Positions 8,551-17,484 of a DNA stretch of 64,000 nucleotides are shown here, one piece after another (the stretch's first letter is position 1; the number at the start of each line of letters is the position of its first letter). The notes beneath the pieces were generated by a model that saw only the letters and a program-made list of their open reading frames with translations, did no database searches and was not told where the DNA came from. The stretch comes from an uncultured Bacteroidales bacterium. Lineage in GTDB: Bacteria; Bacteroidota; Bacteroidia; Bacteroidales; UBA3824. The translations under genes and the position numbers were made by a program. The DNA is taken from NCBI GenBank assembly GCA_937877455.1, contig CALFIU010000044.1, positions 6,641-70,640 of the forward strand, given 5' to 3'.

Positions 8551-9006
8551 TTAGTTGGCTGCAAATGTAAAGACAAGTGTACTATATGGTTCAATAATCC
8601 CTACTCGTTGTTTTCCGTAAGCTTTTTTATATGGGATTAGTAAAATACCTTCGCTGCCTTTTTTTATTTGTTGCAAAGCTATTTTCCAACCACTGATTAA
8701 TGAATTATCTCCATATACCACTTGCATTACATTGTTGTAGGCAAATGTTACTACATTTTCGAGTGTTTGACCAGAATATGTTATTGTTACAATGTCTTCG
8801 TTGGAATAATTTTCTGTTCCTTCTTCGGTTAAGTAGAGATATATTCCATCGTAGTTTACAAAACAAGTATCACCATATTTGCTTAGAAATTTTTCAATTG
8901 CCTCGTTTTCGGCATCGCGACCATCAGCTTCTTTGCTACAAGATGTGTTTATTATAGCAATTATACTTAGAAAAAATAATAGTATAGTATTAATTTTTTT
9001 TGTCAT
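8551..9006 (-). CDS. FKBP-type peptidyl-prolyl isomerase lipoprotein (short)
   Basis: Lipobox LSIIAIINTSC. C-terminal FKBP signature ISGWKIALQQIKKGSEGILLIPYKKAYG..EPYSTLVFTF. Confidence 0.75.
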   Translation of the reverse strand: MTKKINTILLFFLSIIAIINTSCSKEADGRDAENEAIEKFLSKYGDTCFVNYDGIYLYLTEEGTENYSNEDIVTITYSGQTLENVVTFAYNNVMQVVYGDNSLISGWKIALQQIKKGSEGILLIPYKKAYGKQRVGIIEPYSTLVFTFAAN

Positions 9007-9007
9007 T

Positions 9008-9865
9008 TTATTTAAAATCTAACAATTCTATTTCAAAAAGTAGTGTGCAATATGGTGGAATAATTCCTTTTTGTCCTTTTGCTCCGTATGCAAGCCTAAA
9101 CGGAATAATAAATTGGCTTTTTTCTCCTTTTTTCATTGTTGCAATTGCAAATTCCCAACCCTGAATTACTAAATTTTGTCCCAGTTGAAATTTTAGAGGT
9201 TTACCTCGTTTATAACTGTTGTCAAATTCCAATCCATCGAGAAAAGTGCCTACATAGTTGACATTTACAAATTTATTCGCGGCTGTTTCTTTGCCTTGTC
9301 CTTCTTTTAGTATTATTTTATAAATGCCATTATCAAAATGTTTTGCTTGTATGCCTTCTCGTTCTAAATAACTGCGTATCAACATTTTTTCTTGTGCTAC
9401 CATTCTGTTTTCAAGTTCGAGAAGTTGGTTTTCAAAATCTTCTTTGGCTATAATGTTTTCGCATTTTACGTAAAATGTAAGTTGTTCTCCTTTTTTTATG
9501 AAGTCTGGTGGTGTTGTGGCGCATGATATGTTGTAAAATTTTTCAGCATCAACTTTTATTATCATACTATCGCCTTTGTGTATTTTCGTCAAGCCCTCTT
9601 CTATGCAACCTTGCATTTCTTCTTCGGGGCATCCCATTGTAAAATTTTCGGCAACTTCTTTGCTATTGAAAAGTAACGAATCGTTTGAATTATAGTATTT
9701 TACGTTTATAATCCAAACGTCTCCTGGGTTTGCTGTTGTGCTGTCGGGGTTTTGATTTATATAGCAATATTCCACACCAGAGGGTAATGTTTTAAATTCT
9801 AAACTGTTGTTACAACTTGCTAATAATGTGACAATTGCTATAAGTGTTTGTGTAAACTTGTTCAT
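9008..9865 (-). CDS. FKBP-type peptidyl-prolyl isomerase lipoprotein
   Basis: VNYVGTFLDGLEFDNSYKRGKPLKFQLGQNLVIQGWEFAIATMKKGEKSQFIIPFRLAYGAKG..IPPYCTLLFEIELLDF. I moved the start to ATG 9865 (MNKFTQTLIAIVTLLASC lipobox), which removes the overlap with panB. Confidence 0.85.
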   Translation of the reverse strand: MNKFTQTLIAIVTLLASCNNSLEFKTLPSGVEYCYINQNPDSTTANPGDVWIINVKYYNSNDSLLFNSKEVAENFTMGCPEEEMQGCIEEGLTKIHKGDSMIIKVDAEKFYNISCATTPPDFIKKGEQLTFYVKCENIIAKEDFENQLLELENRMVAQEKMLIRSYLEREGIQAKHFDNGIYKIILKEGQGKETAANKFVNVNYVGTFLDGLEFDNSYKRGKPLKFQLGQNLVIQGWEFAIATMKKGEKSQFIIPFRLAYGAKGQKGIIPPYCTLLFEIELLDFK

Positions 9866-9875
9866 AATCAAACAA

Positions 9876-10691
9876 TTAATATTGTTCTTGAGCATTTGGA
9901 AAATCGCCAGATTTTACGTCTTTTGAGTAGTTGTTAATAGCCGTTCTAATTTGTTCTGCTATGTTGGAATATTTTCGGAGAAATTTTGGTTTAAAACCTT
10001 CGTTAATTCCTAAAACATCTTGAAAAACAAGTACTTGACCATCGCAAACATTGCCGGCTCCTATTCCTATTGTTGGAATTTGTAGGCTTTGGGTAACTTT
10101 TTCGGCGAGTTGCGTTGGTATTTTTTCAAGTACAACGGAAAAGCAACCAAGTTTTTCTGCCAAGAGTGCATTTTGAAGAAGTATTTCTGCTTCTGCGTCT
10201 TCTTTTGCACGTAGTCCGTAGCCACCAAATTTGTTTATGCTTTGTGGTGTAAGTCCAAGATGTGCCATTATTGGTATTCCTGTGGCGAGTATTGCCTTGT
10301 ATGATTCTTCTATCTCTTTACCACCTTCTATTTTAACAGCTTGAGCACCTGTTCGTTTCATTATTTCCACGGCATTTTTCGATGCTTCACGTGCATCGCC
10401 TTGATATGTTCCAAATGGCATGTCAACTACCACCATGGCACGTTTACATCCGCGTACTACCGATGCAGCGTAGATAATCATTTCGTCGAGAGTTATTGGC
10501 AGTGTGGTTTCATAACCAGCCATTACGTTGGCAGCAGAATCGCCAACAAGTACTGCATCAATGCTTGTGGAGTCGAGTATTTTGGCCGAAGAATAGTCGT
10601 AGCAGGTTACCATCGCTATTTTTTGACCATTTTGTTTCATTTGTTTTAATGTGTTTACGGTTACTTTTATGGTTTCGTTGTATATTGACAT
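9876..10691 (-). CDS. panB: 3-methyl-2-oxobutanoate hydroxymethyltransferase
   Basis: 271 aa. KIAMVTCYDYSSAKI, LVGDSAANVMAGYETTLPITLDEMI, VVDMPFGTYQ, VKIEGG are typical PanB blocks. Confidence 0.9.
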   Translation of the reverse strand: MSIYNETIKVTVNTLKQMKQNGQKIAMVTCYDYSSAKILDSTSIDAVLVGDSAANVMAGYETTLPITLDEMIIYAASVVRGCKRAMVVVDMPFGTYQGDAREASKNAVEIMKRTGAQAVKIEGGKEIEESYKAILATGIPIMAHLGLTPQSINKFGGYGLRAKEDAEAEILLQNALLAEKLGCFSVVLEKIPTQLAEKVTQSLQIPTIGIGAGNVCDGQVLVFQDVLGINEGFKPKFLRKYSNIAEQIRTAINNYSKDVKSGDFPNAQEQY

Positions 10692-10742
10692 TTTTTTATT
10701 TATTTTGTTTAACAGAAAACCTTATTTTTTAACATTTATTTG

Positions 10743-10750
10743 CAAAAATA
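10743..10750 (-). promoter_or_regulatory. -7 box (TATTTTTG on minus strand) upstream of panB
   Basis: Plus-strand caaaaata is the reverse complement of TAnnTTTG. It lies ~52 nt upstream of ATG 10691. Confidence 0.4.
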
Positions 10751-10853
10751 ATGTTGTTTTGTATAAAATTATTTATCAATTTTGCATTGTACAAATGTAC
10801 AACAAAGTATGTTTTTTTCATAATATAAAGGTTTAGGTTAATAATTAGTTATG

Positions 10854-10879
10854 CTGCGGCAAGATTTTTCTTACCGCAG
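10854..10879 (-). terminator. Hairpin immediately after the wzc-like gene (the U-tract is only on the opposite strand)
   Basis: ctgcggcaag (10854-10863) pairs with cttaccgcag (10870-10879), with one mismatch. The T-run (10880-10886) is on the plus strand only. Confidence 0.35.
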
Positions 10880-10884
10880 TTTTT

Positions 10885-13350
10885 TTATTTTCTTTTCTTT
10901 CGTCTGAAAAATAACTTTTTGATAAAATGTTTTACTTTGTATTTCAGTGTGTTACGGTCTTCTGCACTTTCGTCTGAATAGTAGCCGCCATAATAACTTC
11001 CATAACCATAACCATAACCATAACCGTATTTTCCTCCGTAAGCATAAGACCCGCCTTTGCGTTTTATTCCGTTAAACACGATATTCATGTTGTGGAGATT
11101 GTTGCTTTTTAGGTCGTTGAATAGTTTGAGTACTGATTTTTGTGAGTATTTTTGACGTATTACAAATAGATAGCACGATGTATATTTGTCTAAAAGTATT
11201 GCGTCTGTTACAATGCCTACTGGTGCAGAGTCGATTATTATATAATCGTATTTATGTCGATTTGTTTCGATAAATTCTTGCATACGTGTAGAACCAATGA
11301 GTTCGGCTGGGTTGGGTGGTATTGGTCCTGGTAGTGCAATATCTAATTGAAAATCAAGTACGGTATTGTTTGCATCGCGATAATATTTTTGGGTAATTAT
11401 TATATCTTCTATTTCGCTATTATGACTTAGGTATGTACTCATTCCTAATGTGTTTGGCAATCCAAAGTATTCTTGAAGTCTTGGTTTTCTAAGGTCAAGT
11501 CCAACGAGTAAAACTTTTTGGTTGTTCATTGCTGTTATTAGAGCGAGATTAACAGCGTTGAATGTTTTTCCTTCGCCGCTCACTGTTGATGTCAAGACAA
11601 TAACTTTGTGTTTTTGGTCGGGATCTACATATTGTAGGTTTGTTCTTAATCCGCGATAAGCTTCGGCTATTGAGCTATTTTTTGCTGTTACAACAGGTGT
11701 TTTTGTATGATGGCGGTTTTCTCCTATTGTTCCTAAGGGCGAAAGTCCAGTTACGCGTTCAATTTCAGATACTTCTGATATTTTTGTGTCGAGGAGTATT
11801 AATAGTGCAATTAATACAGCAGGTACTATTAATCCAATTGTTATTGCTTTTGAAGTAGGAAATGCGCCAATGGGAGCAACGTATGAGCGAGTTATCCATG
11901 ATGCTTTGTCGAGAATTTCGGCATCTGGTTGGTTGGTGAATGCTGAAATTCCTGCTTCGTAACGGCGACGGAAAAGATAGTTGTATAGGTCGTTGTTTAG
12001 GTCGTATTTTTTTGATATTTTAAGTTTTTCGCGTTCAGTGGCAGGTAGTTCGGTTAATAGACCGCGCATTTGGTTCATCTTGCTTGTTATTTCTTTTTTG
12101 CGCTTATCAAGCATATTACTTGCTAAATCTATGTATATCAGTAATTTGCGAATTATTTCCCGTGTTTGATAGTCGTTAAATTGGTATGGTTTTACATTTT
12201 TGCCGTCGCGTACCGAAAAGTCTAAAACGTTTCGTTCCGACATTTGGGCGTTTATTTGATTGAGGTATCCGTTTAGCCGTTCATCGGTTATGCCTGCCAA
12301 TGATGGTGGAACTATTGCTGTAAGGTCGGGACGTAGATTTTCGTCTTCGCTGTTGTAGAGTTCCATTTGCTCTTTTATGTATTGATAGTAACTTTCTTTT
12401 AGTGCTATTTGTTGTAATTCTGTGCGTCCTTCTTTTAGAGTTCCAGTTACTTCGCTCATTCCAGGACGGAATATTGCATCTACCGAATTTGAGAATTTTA
12501 GTAAATCGGCATCGCCTACAGCAAGGCTGTCGCTTAATGTTACGAGTAGTGTGTCGATAAATTGTATTGTTTTTACAACTATTCTATTTTTTTCTTCGAG
12601 TGAGTAGGCTAAGTAAGCTTTTGTTATAGCGTTTACGTAATCGTCGCATTTTTCTGGTACTTCGCCTACTATTGCTACTCTTACTATTGTTCCGTTTTTG
12701 TTTTTTTTGGTTACTCTTAAGTTGGCAGAGTATCTTGGTACAAGGCTTTCTAATGTTTCTGTTTTAAAAAAATATATTTGCCCTTTTTTGCCAACGCATG
12801 CCATAGTGGTATCGTATGGCATGATGCGAAATTTAAATTGTTCTGTTTCTGCCCAATTGCCAACCGAAGCAGTTATGTATTTTTCTGAGTTTCCTATGCT
12901 AATTTTAAATTGGTCGTCGCCAGTAAATGTAAGAAATATTTTTTGGTTGTATATTTGGGGGTGGTTTTTGTCGTATTCTACACGAAACGGTGATGTATTT
13001 TTATAAAGTTCGCGGTCGGCTCCATAGTGTCCAGCACGGTAGTATGAGGTTTCAAAATCCAGTTCCGACAATGCAATTCTTGCAAGATTGTAGGATTTAA
13101 ACATGTCTATTTCGTTTTGGACATCAAATGATGGCAATATTGTACCGAGCCCCGTAAAATTTTGTGGGCTATCTTTCTTTTTTAACATTACTGTTGCATT
13201 GCTACACGATTGAGGTATCTGATAGCGATTTTGGTAATGTGCGTATGCGAGTGAAATTATTACGCCAAAGGCAAGCATCCACCATTTTGGGAGTACTTTT
13301 CTTAGATAATATTTATAGTCTATTGGTTGGTCTTCTTTGTCTTGTTCCAT
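10885..13350 (-). CDS. Polysaccharide co-polymerase / BY-kinase (Wzc/GumC-type chain-length determinant tyrosine kinase)
   Basis: 821 aa. N-terminal TM plus a Wzz-like periplasmic region, then a second TM (ITIGLIVPAVLIALLILL). Walker A TSTVSGEGKTF and Walker B YIIIDSAP. C-terminal tyrosine cluster GGSYAYGGKYGYGYGYGYGSYYGGYY. Confidence 0.8.
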   Translation of the reverse strand: MEQDKEDQPIDYKYYLRKVLPKWWMLAFGVIISLAYAHYQNRYQIPQSCSNATVMLKKKDSPQNFTGLGTILPSFDVQNEIDMFKSYNLARIALSELDFETSYYRAGHYGADRELYKNTSPFRVEYDKNHPQIYNQKIFLTFTGDDQFKISIGNSEKYITASVGNWAETEQFKFRIMPYDTTMACVGKKGQIYFFKTETLESLVPRYSANLRVTKKNKNGTIVRVAIVGEVPEKCDDYVNAITKAYLAYSLEEKNRIVVKTIQFIDTLLVTLSDSLAVGDADLLKFSNSVDAIFRPGMSEVTGTLKEGRTELQQIALKESYYQYIKEQMELYNSEDENLRPDLTAIVPPSLAGITDERLNGYLNQINAQMSERNVLDFSVRDGKNVKPYQFNDYQTREIIRKLLIYIDLASNMLDKRKKEITSKMNQMRGLLTELPATEREKLKISKKYDLNNDLYNYLFRRRYEAGISAFTNQPDAEILDKASWITRSYVAPIGAFPTSKAITIGLIVPAVLIALLILLDTKISEVSEIERVTGLSPLGTIGENRHHTKTPVVTAKNSSIAEAYRGLRTNLQYVDPDQKHKVIVLTSTVSGEGKTFNAVNLALITAMNNQKVLLVGLDLRKPRLQEYFGLPNTLGMSTYLSHNSEIEDIIITQKYYRDANNTVLDFQLDIALPGPIPPNPAELIGSTRMQEFIETNRHKYDYIIIDSAPVGIVTDAILLDKYTSCYLFVIRQKYSQKSVLKLFNDLKSNNLHNMNIVFNGIKRKGGSYAYGGKYGYGYGYGYGSYYGGYYSDESAEDRNTLKYKVKHFIKKLFFRRKKRK
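11002..11025. repeat. Hexanucleotide microsatellite (ATAACC)x4 encoding the GY repeats of the Wzc tyrosine cluster
   Basis: Four perfect tandem ataacc units read directly at 11002-11025; they encode (GY)n on the minus strand. Confidence 0.9.
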
Positions 13351-13363
13351 TGTTAAGCGTTTT

Positions 13364-14107
13364 TTACTTGACGTAACGTTCTATGAGATAATAAAGCGAC
13401 ATACCAGATGTAAATATTGTTAACACGGCAGAGTAGTCGTTGAGTGCGCGTTTGAAAGCTGTAAGTCTTCTTGGTTCAACGTATATCATATCGCCGGGTT
13501 GTAGATAAAATTGTGTTGCTTCCATTAACTTTCGGTCTGTAATGTCAACTTTATATAGCAAATACCCTTTGACGGTTTTTCGTATTATTATTATTTTTCG
13601 TCGTTTGGCATCGTACGTTACTCCTCCGTGTCTTGCTACGGCTTCGAGAATACTTACTTTGGTGTCGGAAAAATTTATCATTCCGTTTTGGACACCGAGA
13701 AAATAGACATTAAAATTCATTAGCCTTGTAGAAACTACTGCATCTATGAGTTTTTCGTCAACCATTTTTTGAATATCTTGCCTTATTTCTTTGATTGTTT
13801 TGTCAAGTACAAAAATATCTCCAAATATTGGAACGTGTATGTAACCTGTGTCGCTAACTTCAAATCCCGAATGTGTTACTTCTTTGCCTTGATCGCTTAC
13901 AAACAAACTATTAATCTGTGAGTTGGTGGTTTTTAGTGCAATGCCTATTATGTCGCCAACTTTTATGTGATAGTCTTCTACAGTGTCGATGTATTCGTGC
14001 GGTAGTTGTGTTTTGTCATCAACAATGTAGCGTATGTTGCGATAACACGAACTGAACATTAGCACGGTTAATACAAAAAAAAGCGTTTTTAAAATTCTTA
14101 ATTTCAT
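13364..14107 (-). CDS. Polysaccharide export outer-membrane protein (Wza/BexD/CtrA family)
   Basis: 247 aa. Lipoprotein-type signal LMFSSC. Poly_export-like HIKVGDIIGI..VSDTGYIHVPIFGDIFV..KTIKEIRQDI. SLBB-like LQPGDMIYVEPR. Confidence 0.75.
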   Translation of the reverse strand: MKLRILKTLFFVLTVLMFSSCYRNIRYIVDDKTQLPHEYIDTVEDYHIKVGDIIGIALKTTNSQINSLFVSDQGKEVTHSGFEVSDTGYIHVPIFGDIFVLDKTIKEIRQDIQKMVDEKLIDAVVSTRLMNFNVYFLGVQNGMINFSDTKVSILEAVARHGGVTYDAKRRKIIIIRKTVKGYLLYKVDITDRKLMEATQFYLQPGDMIYVEPRRLTAFKRALNDYSAVLTIFTSGMSLYYLIERYVK

Positions 14108-14154
14108 TACAATGCTTAATAAATTATCAAATTAATTGTCGTTTATTGTGTTTG

Positions 14155-15345
14155 TCATTGAATTTTATTTTGTTGTTTTTTTTTGCGTCGTCGCATTATT
14201 ATGGTGTTATGTAGTGCTATTATTGGCCATCCTAAAATTGGAAGGTACATTGCCAATAATATAGGGCGTTTGGCTATGGTTTTTAGGCATTTGTTTAATG
14301 TTAACTTTAAACTTTCTTGTCCTTTTTCTTGCGAATAATTTACGTCAAAGTATGTCATTGTACATGGCCAAAACGCAGGAAAATATCTAAAAAAATTTTT
14401 TCTATTTTTCCACATGGCTTTTATCAACCCTTTTATGTCGTAAAATTTATCTCCATATTTTTCTACGGCTTCGTTTAGATTTCGTTGCATAATTTGACGT
14501 ATTTTTTCGCCAATATCTTTCAAGTCTTTTTGTGTTATGTCCTCATAAGGTTTGTCTATCATTTCGTATGCCTTGATGCGTTTACCAAGTACAAATGTTA
14601 ATCTTGAGGGCAATGATATGTAGAAAATCCACGGTTGAAAAATTGCAAGAAATATTATTGGTCCAAATGGAAAAAATGGTAGCCCAAAATTTCTCCCTTT
14701 GCGGGTTATTTTTTTTATGTTGTAGGCTAATGGATTGTTATATTCTCCGTTAACTGTTAGTATTGGTATTATGTCGGTTTTGTATCGTATGCTCATTCGC
14801 AAAAAGGATGTTTTGAATGGTTGTAACTTATACCTTTTGTCAAATCCTTTTCCAATACCTTCGAGTCCTTCAGGAAAAATTAGTATGTTGCTTAAGTTTA
14901 GTTTCATGCCCGTTTCAAAATTTAGAAATGTGGCGTTTATGCAACCTGCTTTCCACCATAGTCCATCTATCATAAATGGACACATGTATGGAAATTTTGT
15001 GAGTAGTGGGGATATAAGTGCGCGAATGTTATCTATTGTGTTTTGTCCGCGTTCTATTATTTTGCTTATAAATGCTATTGCATCCCATGGAAAAGCCATT
15101 CCACTATGATTTGCAGCGAATATTAATGGCGAATCGTTTTCTGTGCGGGTAGGGAAGGGTTCTAAGTTGATAAATCTGGCTCTAAACCAAACTTCGCGTA
15201 TTGGGTTGAGAATAACTTTGTTGAACACATCGGCGTATGACAAATTGTATAAATTTGAATACACTGCGCGGTTTTTCTCTATTTCCTCGTCGGTAAGCAC
15301 CAACCTATTGCGATATTGACTTATAACCGTTTCTGTGGTTTGCAT
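14155..15345 (-). CDS. PlsC-type (lysophospholipid) acyltransferase family membrane protein
   Basis: Motifs FAANHSGMAFPWD and ILIFPEGLEGIGKGF (FPEG block), with C-terminal TM helices. I moved the start to ATG 15345 (MQTTETV..) because the track's upstream extension translates the promoter region. Confidence 0.55.
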   Translation of the reverse strand: MQTTETVISQYRNRLVLTDEEIEKNRAVYSNLYNLSYADVFNKVILNPIREVWFRARFINLEPFPTRTENDSPLIFAANHSGMAFPWDAIAFISKIIERGQNTIDNIRALISPLLTKFPYMCPFMIDGLWWKAGCINATFLNFETGMKLNLSNILIFPEGLEGIGKGFDKRYKLQPFKTSFLRMSIRYKTDIIPILTVNGEYNNPLAYNIKKITRKGRNFGLPFFPFGPIIFLAIFQPWIFYISLPSRLTFVLGKRIKAYEMIDKPYEDITQKDLKDIGEKIRQIMQRNLNEAVEKYGDKFYDIKGLIKAMWKNRKNFFRYFPAFWPCTMTYFDVNYSQEKGQESLKLTLNKCLKTIAKRPILLAMYLPILGWPIIALHNTIIMRRRKKKQQNKIQ

Positions 15346-15376
15346 AGAAAATTGTGTAAATGCTGTTTTCAAAGTG

Positions 15377-15384
15377 CAAAGGTA
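15377..15384 (-). promoter_or_regulatory. -7 box (TACCTTTG on minus strand) for the acyltransferase gene
   Basis: Plus-strand caaaggta is the reverse complement of TAnnTTTG. It lies 32 nt upstream of ATG 15345, with a TTTG about 22 nt further upstream. Confidence 0.45.
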
Positions 15385-15451
15385 AAAAAATGTTTTTGAA
15401 AATTTGCAAAAACATTTTTTAAGGATTGTTAAAAAATAATAAAATAATTTT

Positions 15452-17461
15452 TTATAAACTAAAACCAACGATTGCTACGTCGCCAATTTGTCCGCGCCAT
15501 TCTGTTATTATTTCTGTAAGCCTTTGTTTTTGAATTTCCATTGGTGAAACGGAGTTTTTTAATACTGCATGTCTAAATTGTTCGGTTGATACCATTGATG
15601 TTTTTTCTTGGATGGGAAGTGTGCTATCGTAACCATCGGTGCAGAGATACACAATGTCGCTTTGTTGCAATTGAACAGCGATGTTTTGAAAATTGAAACC
15701 TTTTGATGCTGGCCCTATTGGTAATTCATCGCCTTTTATTGTTGTTATTTTGTAGTTTCTAACAAGTAGCATTTGGCGTGCGGCTCCTGCAAAGTTGCCT
15801 TGGTATGTTTCTTTGTCGAATATAAGTAACGATATGCATACAGAATCGGGACGGTCGTTGCCGTAATAATCTACTCCTACATTGCGTTGTAGATTGTCGC
15901 GTAGTTTGCAAAGTAGTTCGTTTGGAGATATGGTTGGGTTGTTTACAAATAGTGTATCGAGAAATATTATTGTCATACTTGATAACAATACACCTGGAAC
16001 GCCTAATGGTGAGCAATCGCCTACTGCTACGGCTATTGTGTTACCTATTTTTTTTGTGTAATAAAAACAATTGCCTATTGTGTCTTGTGGATCGAAGAGT
16101 TTAAAACAATTTTTGAAAATTGTGTTTGTTGGTGCTACAACTGATAGTATGACGTTTTGGAATATGCGTGAATAGTTATGATTAAATACAAGTTGGTTGT
16201 TGTTGTCTTGGAGTTCAGATTCGCGTTGATTCATAAACTCATTAATGGTTATGAGTTCGTTTTTGCTACTTTGTAATACTTTGCTCATTTTGTTGAGTTG
16301 GTATTTTAAGTCTTTTATTTCCAAATCTTTACGATCGTTTTCTATTACGTTAGTCTGATAGTCATCGCGAAGCATTCTAAAATCTTCGCGTTGTGTTCTA
16401 TATTCTTCGCGTATTTTTATTAGGTCTTCGCTTTTTTCAAGCACTTCGGCGCGTTTTTGATCTAATGCGTTTGAGGTTTGTTCAAGTTCAGTTTTCTGAA
16501 TGATGAAATTGTTGATAGTGTTGGAGATTTTTCCGTATTCGGTATTTTGGTTTAGTAATAGGCTTATACTATTTGTGTCGTTGTTATCAATTGCTTTGGA
16601 TATTTGTTTTACTGGTCTTATAAGTTTTAGATACATAATGCCCACAAAGAGCATTATTATTGTTATGAACATGGCAAGTATTATTATTGTTACGGTAAAT
16701 ACATCATAGCCAATGTTTTGTAGTGATGTGCTTATAAAATAAAAATATCCTACGGGTTGGTTTTGAAAATTTTTGAGTTCACGGGTTATAATGTTTTTTT
16801 TCTTTATATCAATGTTTAGTCTGTCTAAGTCGGATAGGTTGGCTACAAGTCCTACTTGTATATCACCTAAGGAGTTTTGTAGGTCGGTTAGTACATTGCG
16901 GTCTATTAGTCTTGTTAAACAAAGGTATCCTTGAGAACGTTCTTGCCGTGAGTATATGTCGCCAGATGATACTATGCCTGCGCAGAAAAACTCGAAGATT
17001 GCGTTGTTTTTCATTTGATAGTAGTGCTGAAAACATGTGTCTTTAAATAGGCCTACAAATTCGTTTGATGTCATATTAAAAAAGTCGAATTTGATAAAGT
17101 TTTCGTTTACGTTTTCGTAGTATTTGTTGCCGGTGCTGTCAAAAAGCATAACGGATGCTGCTTGGTAAACATCCACCATGTAGCCTATGTTATCGTCAAC
17201 CCATGAGGAATCGTAGTCGTTCATAAAATCAATGAGTTCGTCCCATGCGGAGTTGTCGTGTACTATGTTGGCATATTTTTCTGATTTTATTTCTATTATT
17301 CTATCAATAAGTAATTCGGTTTGTTTTCGGCTTTCCTCTTCTATTATTTGTCGTGATTCCATTTGCTTGCTGTAATACCATAGTATTACAAAAGCTATGA
17401 TTATTATTGCGAAAAATCCAAAGGCTATGATTCCCGTTTGAACCGATTTTTTTTTGCTCAT
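15452..17461 (-). CDS. Sensor SpoIIE/PP2C-family phosphatase, divergent paralogue (TM - extracytoplasmic sensor - TM - HAMP/coiled coil - PP2C-like)
   Basis: 669 aa, collinear with the upstream paralogue. Shared sensor motif VHDNSAWDELIDFM..WVDDNIGYM. The PP2C region has GDCSPLGVPG (canonical GDCTGHG), YLCTDGY, and C-terminal IGDVAIVGFSL (canonical DDVT). Confidence 0.7.
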   Translation of the reverse strand: MSKKKSVQTGIIAFGFFAIIIIAFVILWYYSKQMESRQIIEEESRKQTELLIDRIIEIKSEKYANIVHDNSAWDELIDFMNDYDSSWVDDNIGYMVDVYQAASVMLFDSTGNKYYENVNENFIKFDFFNMTSNEFVGLFKDTCFQHYYQMKNNAIFEFFCAGIVSSGDIYSRQERSQGYLCLTRLIDRNVLTDLQNSLGDIQVGLVANLSDLDRLNIDIKKKNIITRELKNFQNQPVGYFYFISTSLQNIGYDVFTVTIIILAMFITIIMLFVGIMYLKLIRPVKQISKAIDNNDTNSISLLLNQNTEYGKISNTINNFIIQKTELEQTSNALDQKRAEVLEKSEDLIKIREEYRTQREDFRMLRDDYQTNVIENDRKDLEIKDLKYQLNKMSKVLQSSKNELITINEFMNQRESELQDNNNQLVFNHNYSRIFQNVILSVVAPTNTIFKNCFKLFDPQDTIGNCFYYTKKIGNTIAVAVGDCSPLGVPGVLLSSMTIIFLDTLFVNNPTISPNELLCKLRDNLQRNVGVDYYGNDRPDSVCISLLIFDKETYQGNFAGAARQMLLVRNYKITTIKGDELPIGPASKGFNFQNIAVQLQQSDIVYLCTDGYDSTLPIQEKTSMVSTEQFRHAVLKNSVSPMEIQKQRLTEIITEWRGQIGDVAIVGFSL

Positions 17462-17484
17462 GTTTTGTTAATTTTTTGTGGTTT

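Noticed and set aside
8535-8594. Upstream extensions of several track ORFs that begin at TTG/GTG codons (8594, 24766, 24936, 32684, 53716) or at an upstream ATG (9895, 15468)
   Set aside because: Each extension overlaps a neighbouring gene or translates an obvious TAnnTTTG promoter box. A downstream ATG gives a sensible N-terminus in every case (lipobox, the Sec[12 protein letters not shown], the Pta MTLLEQIR). Coordinates were trimmed accordingly.
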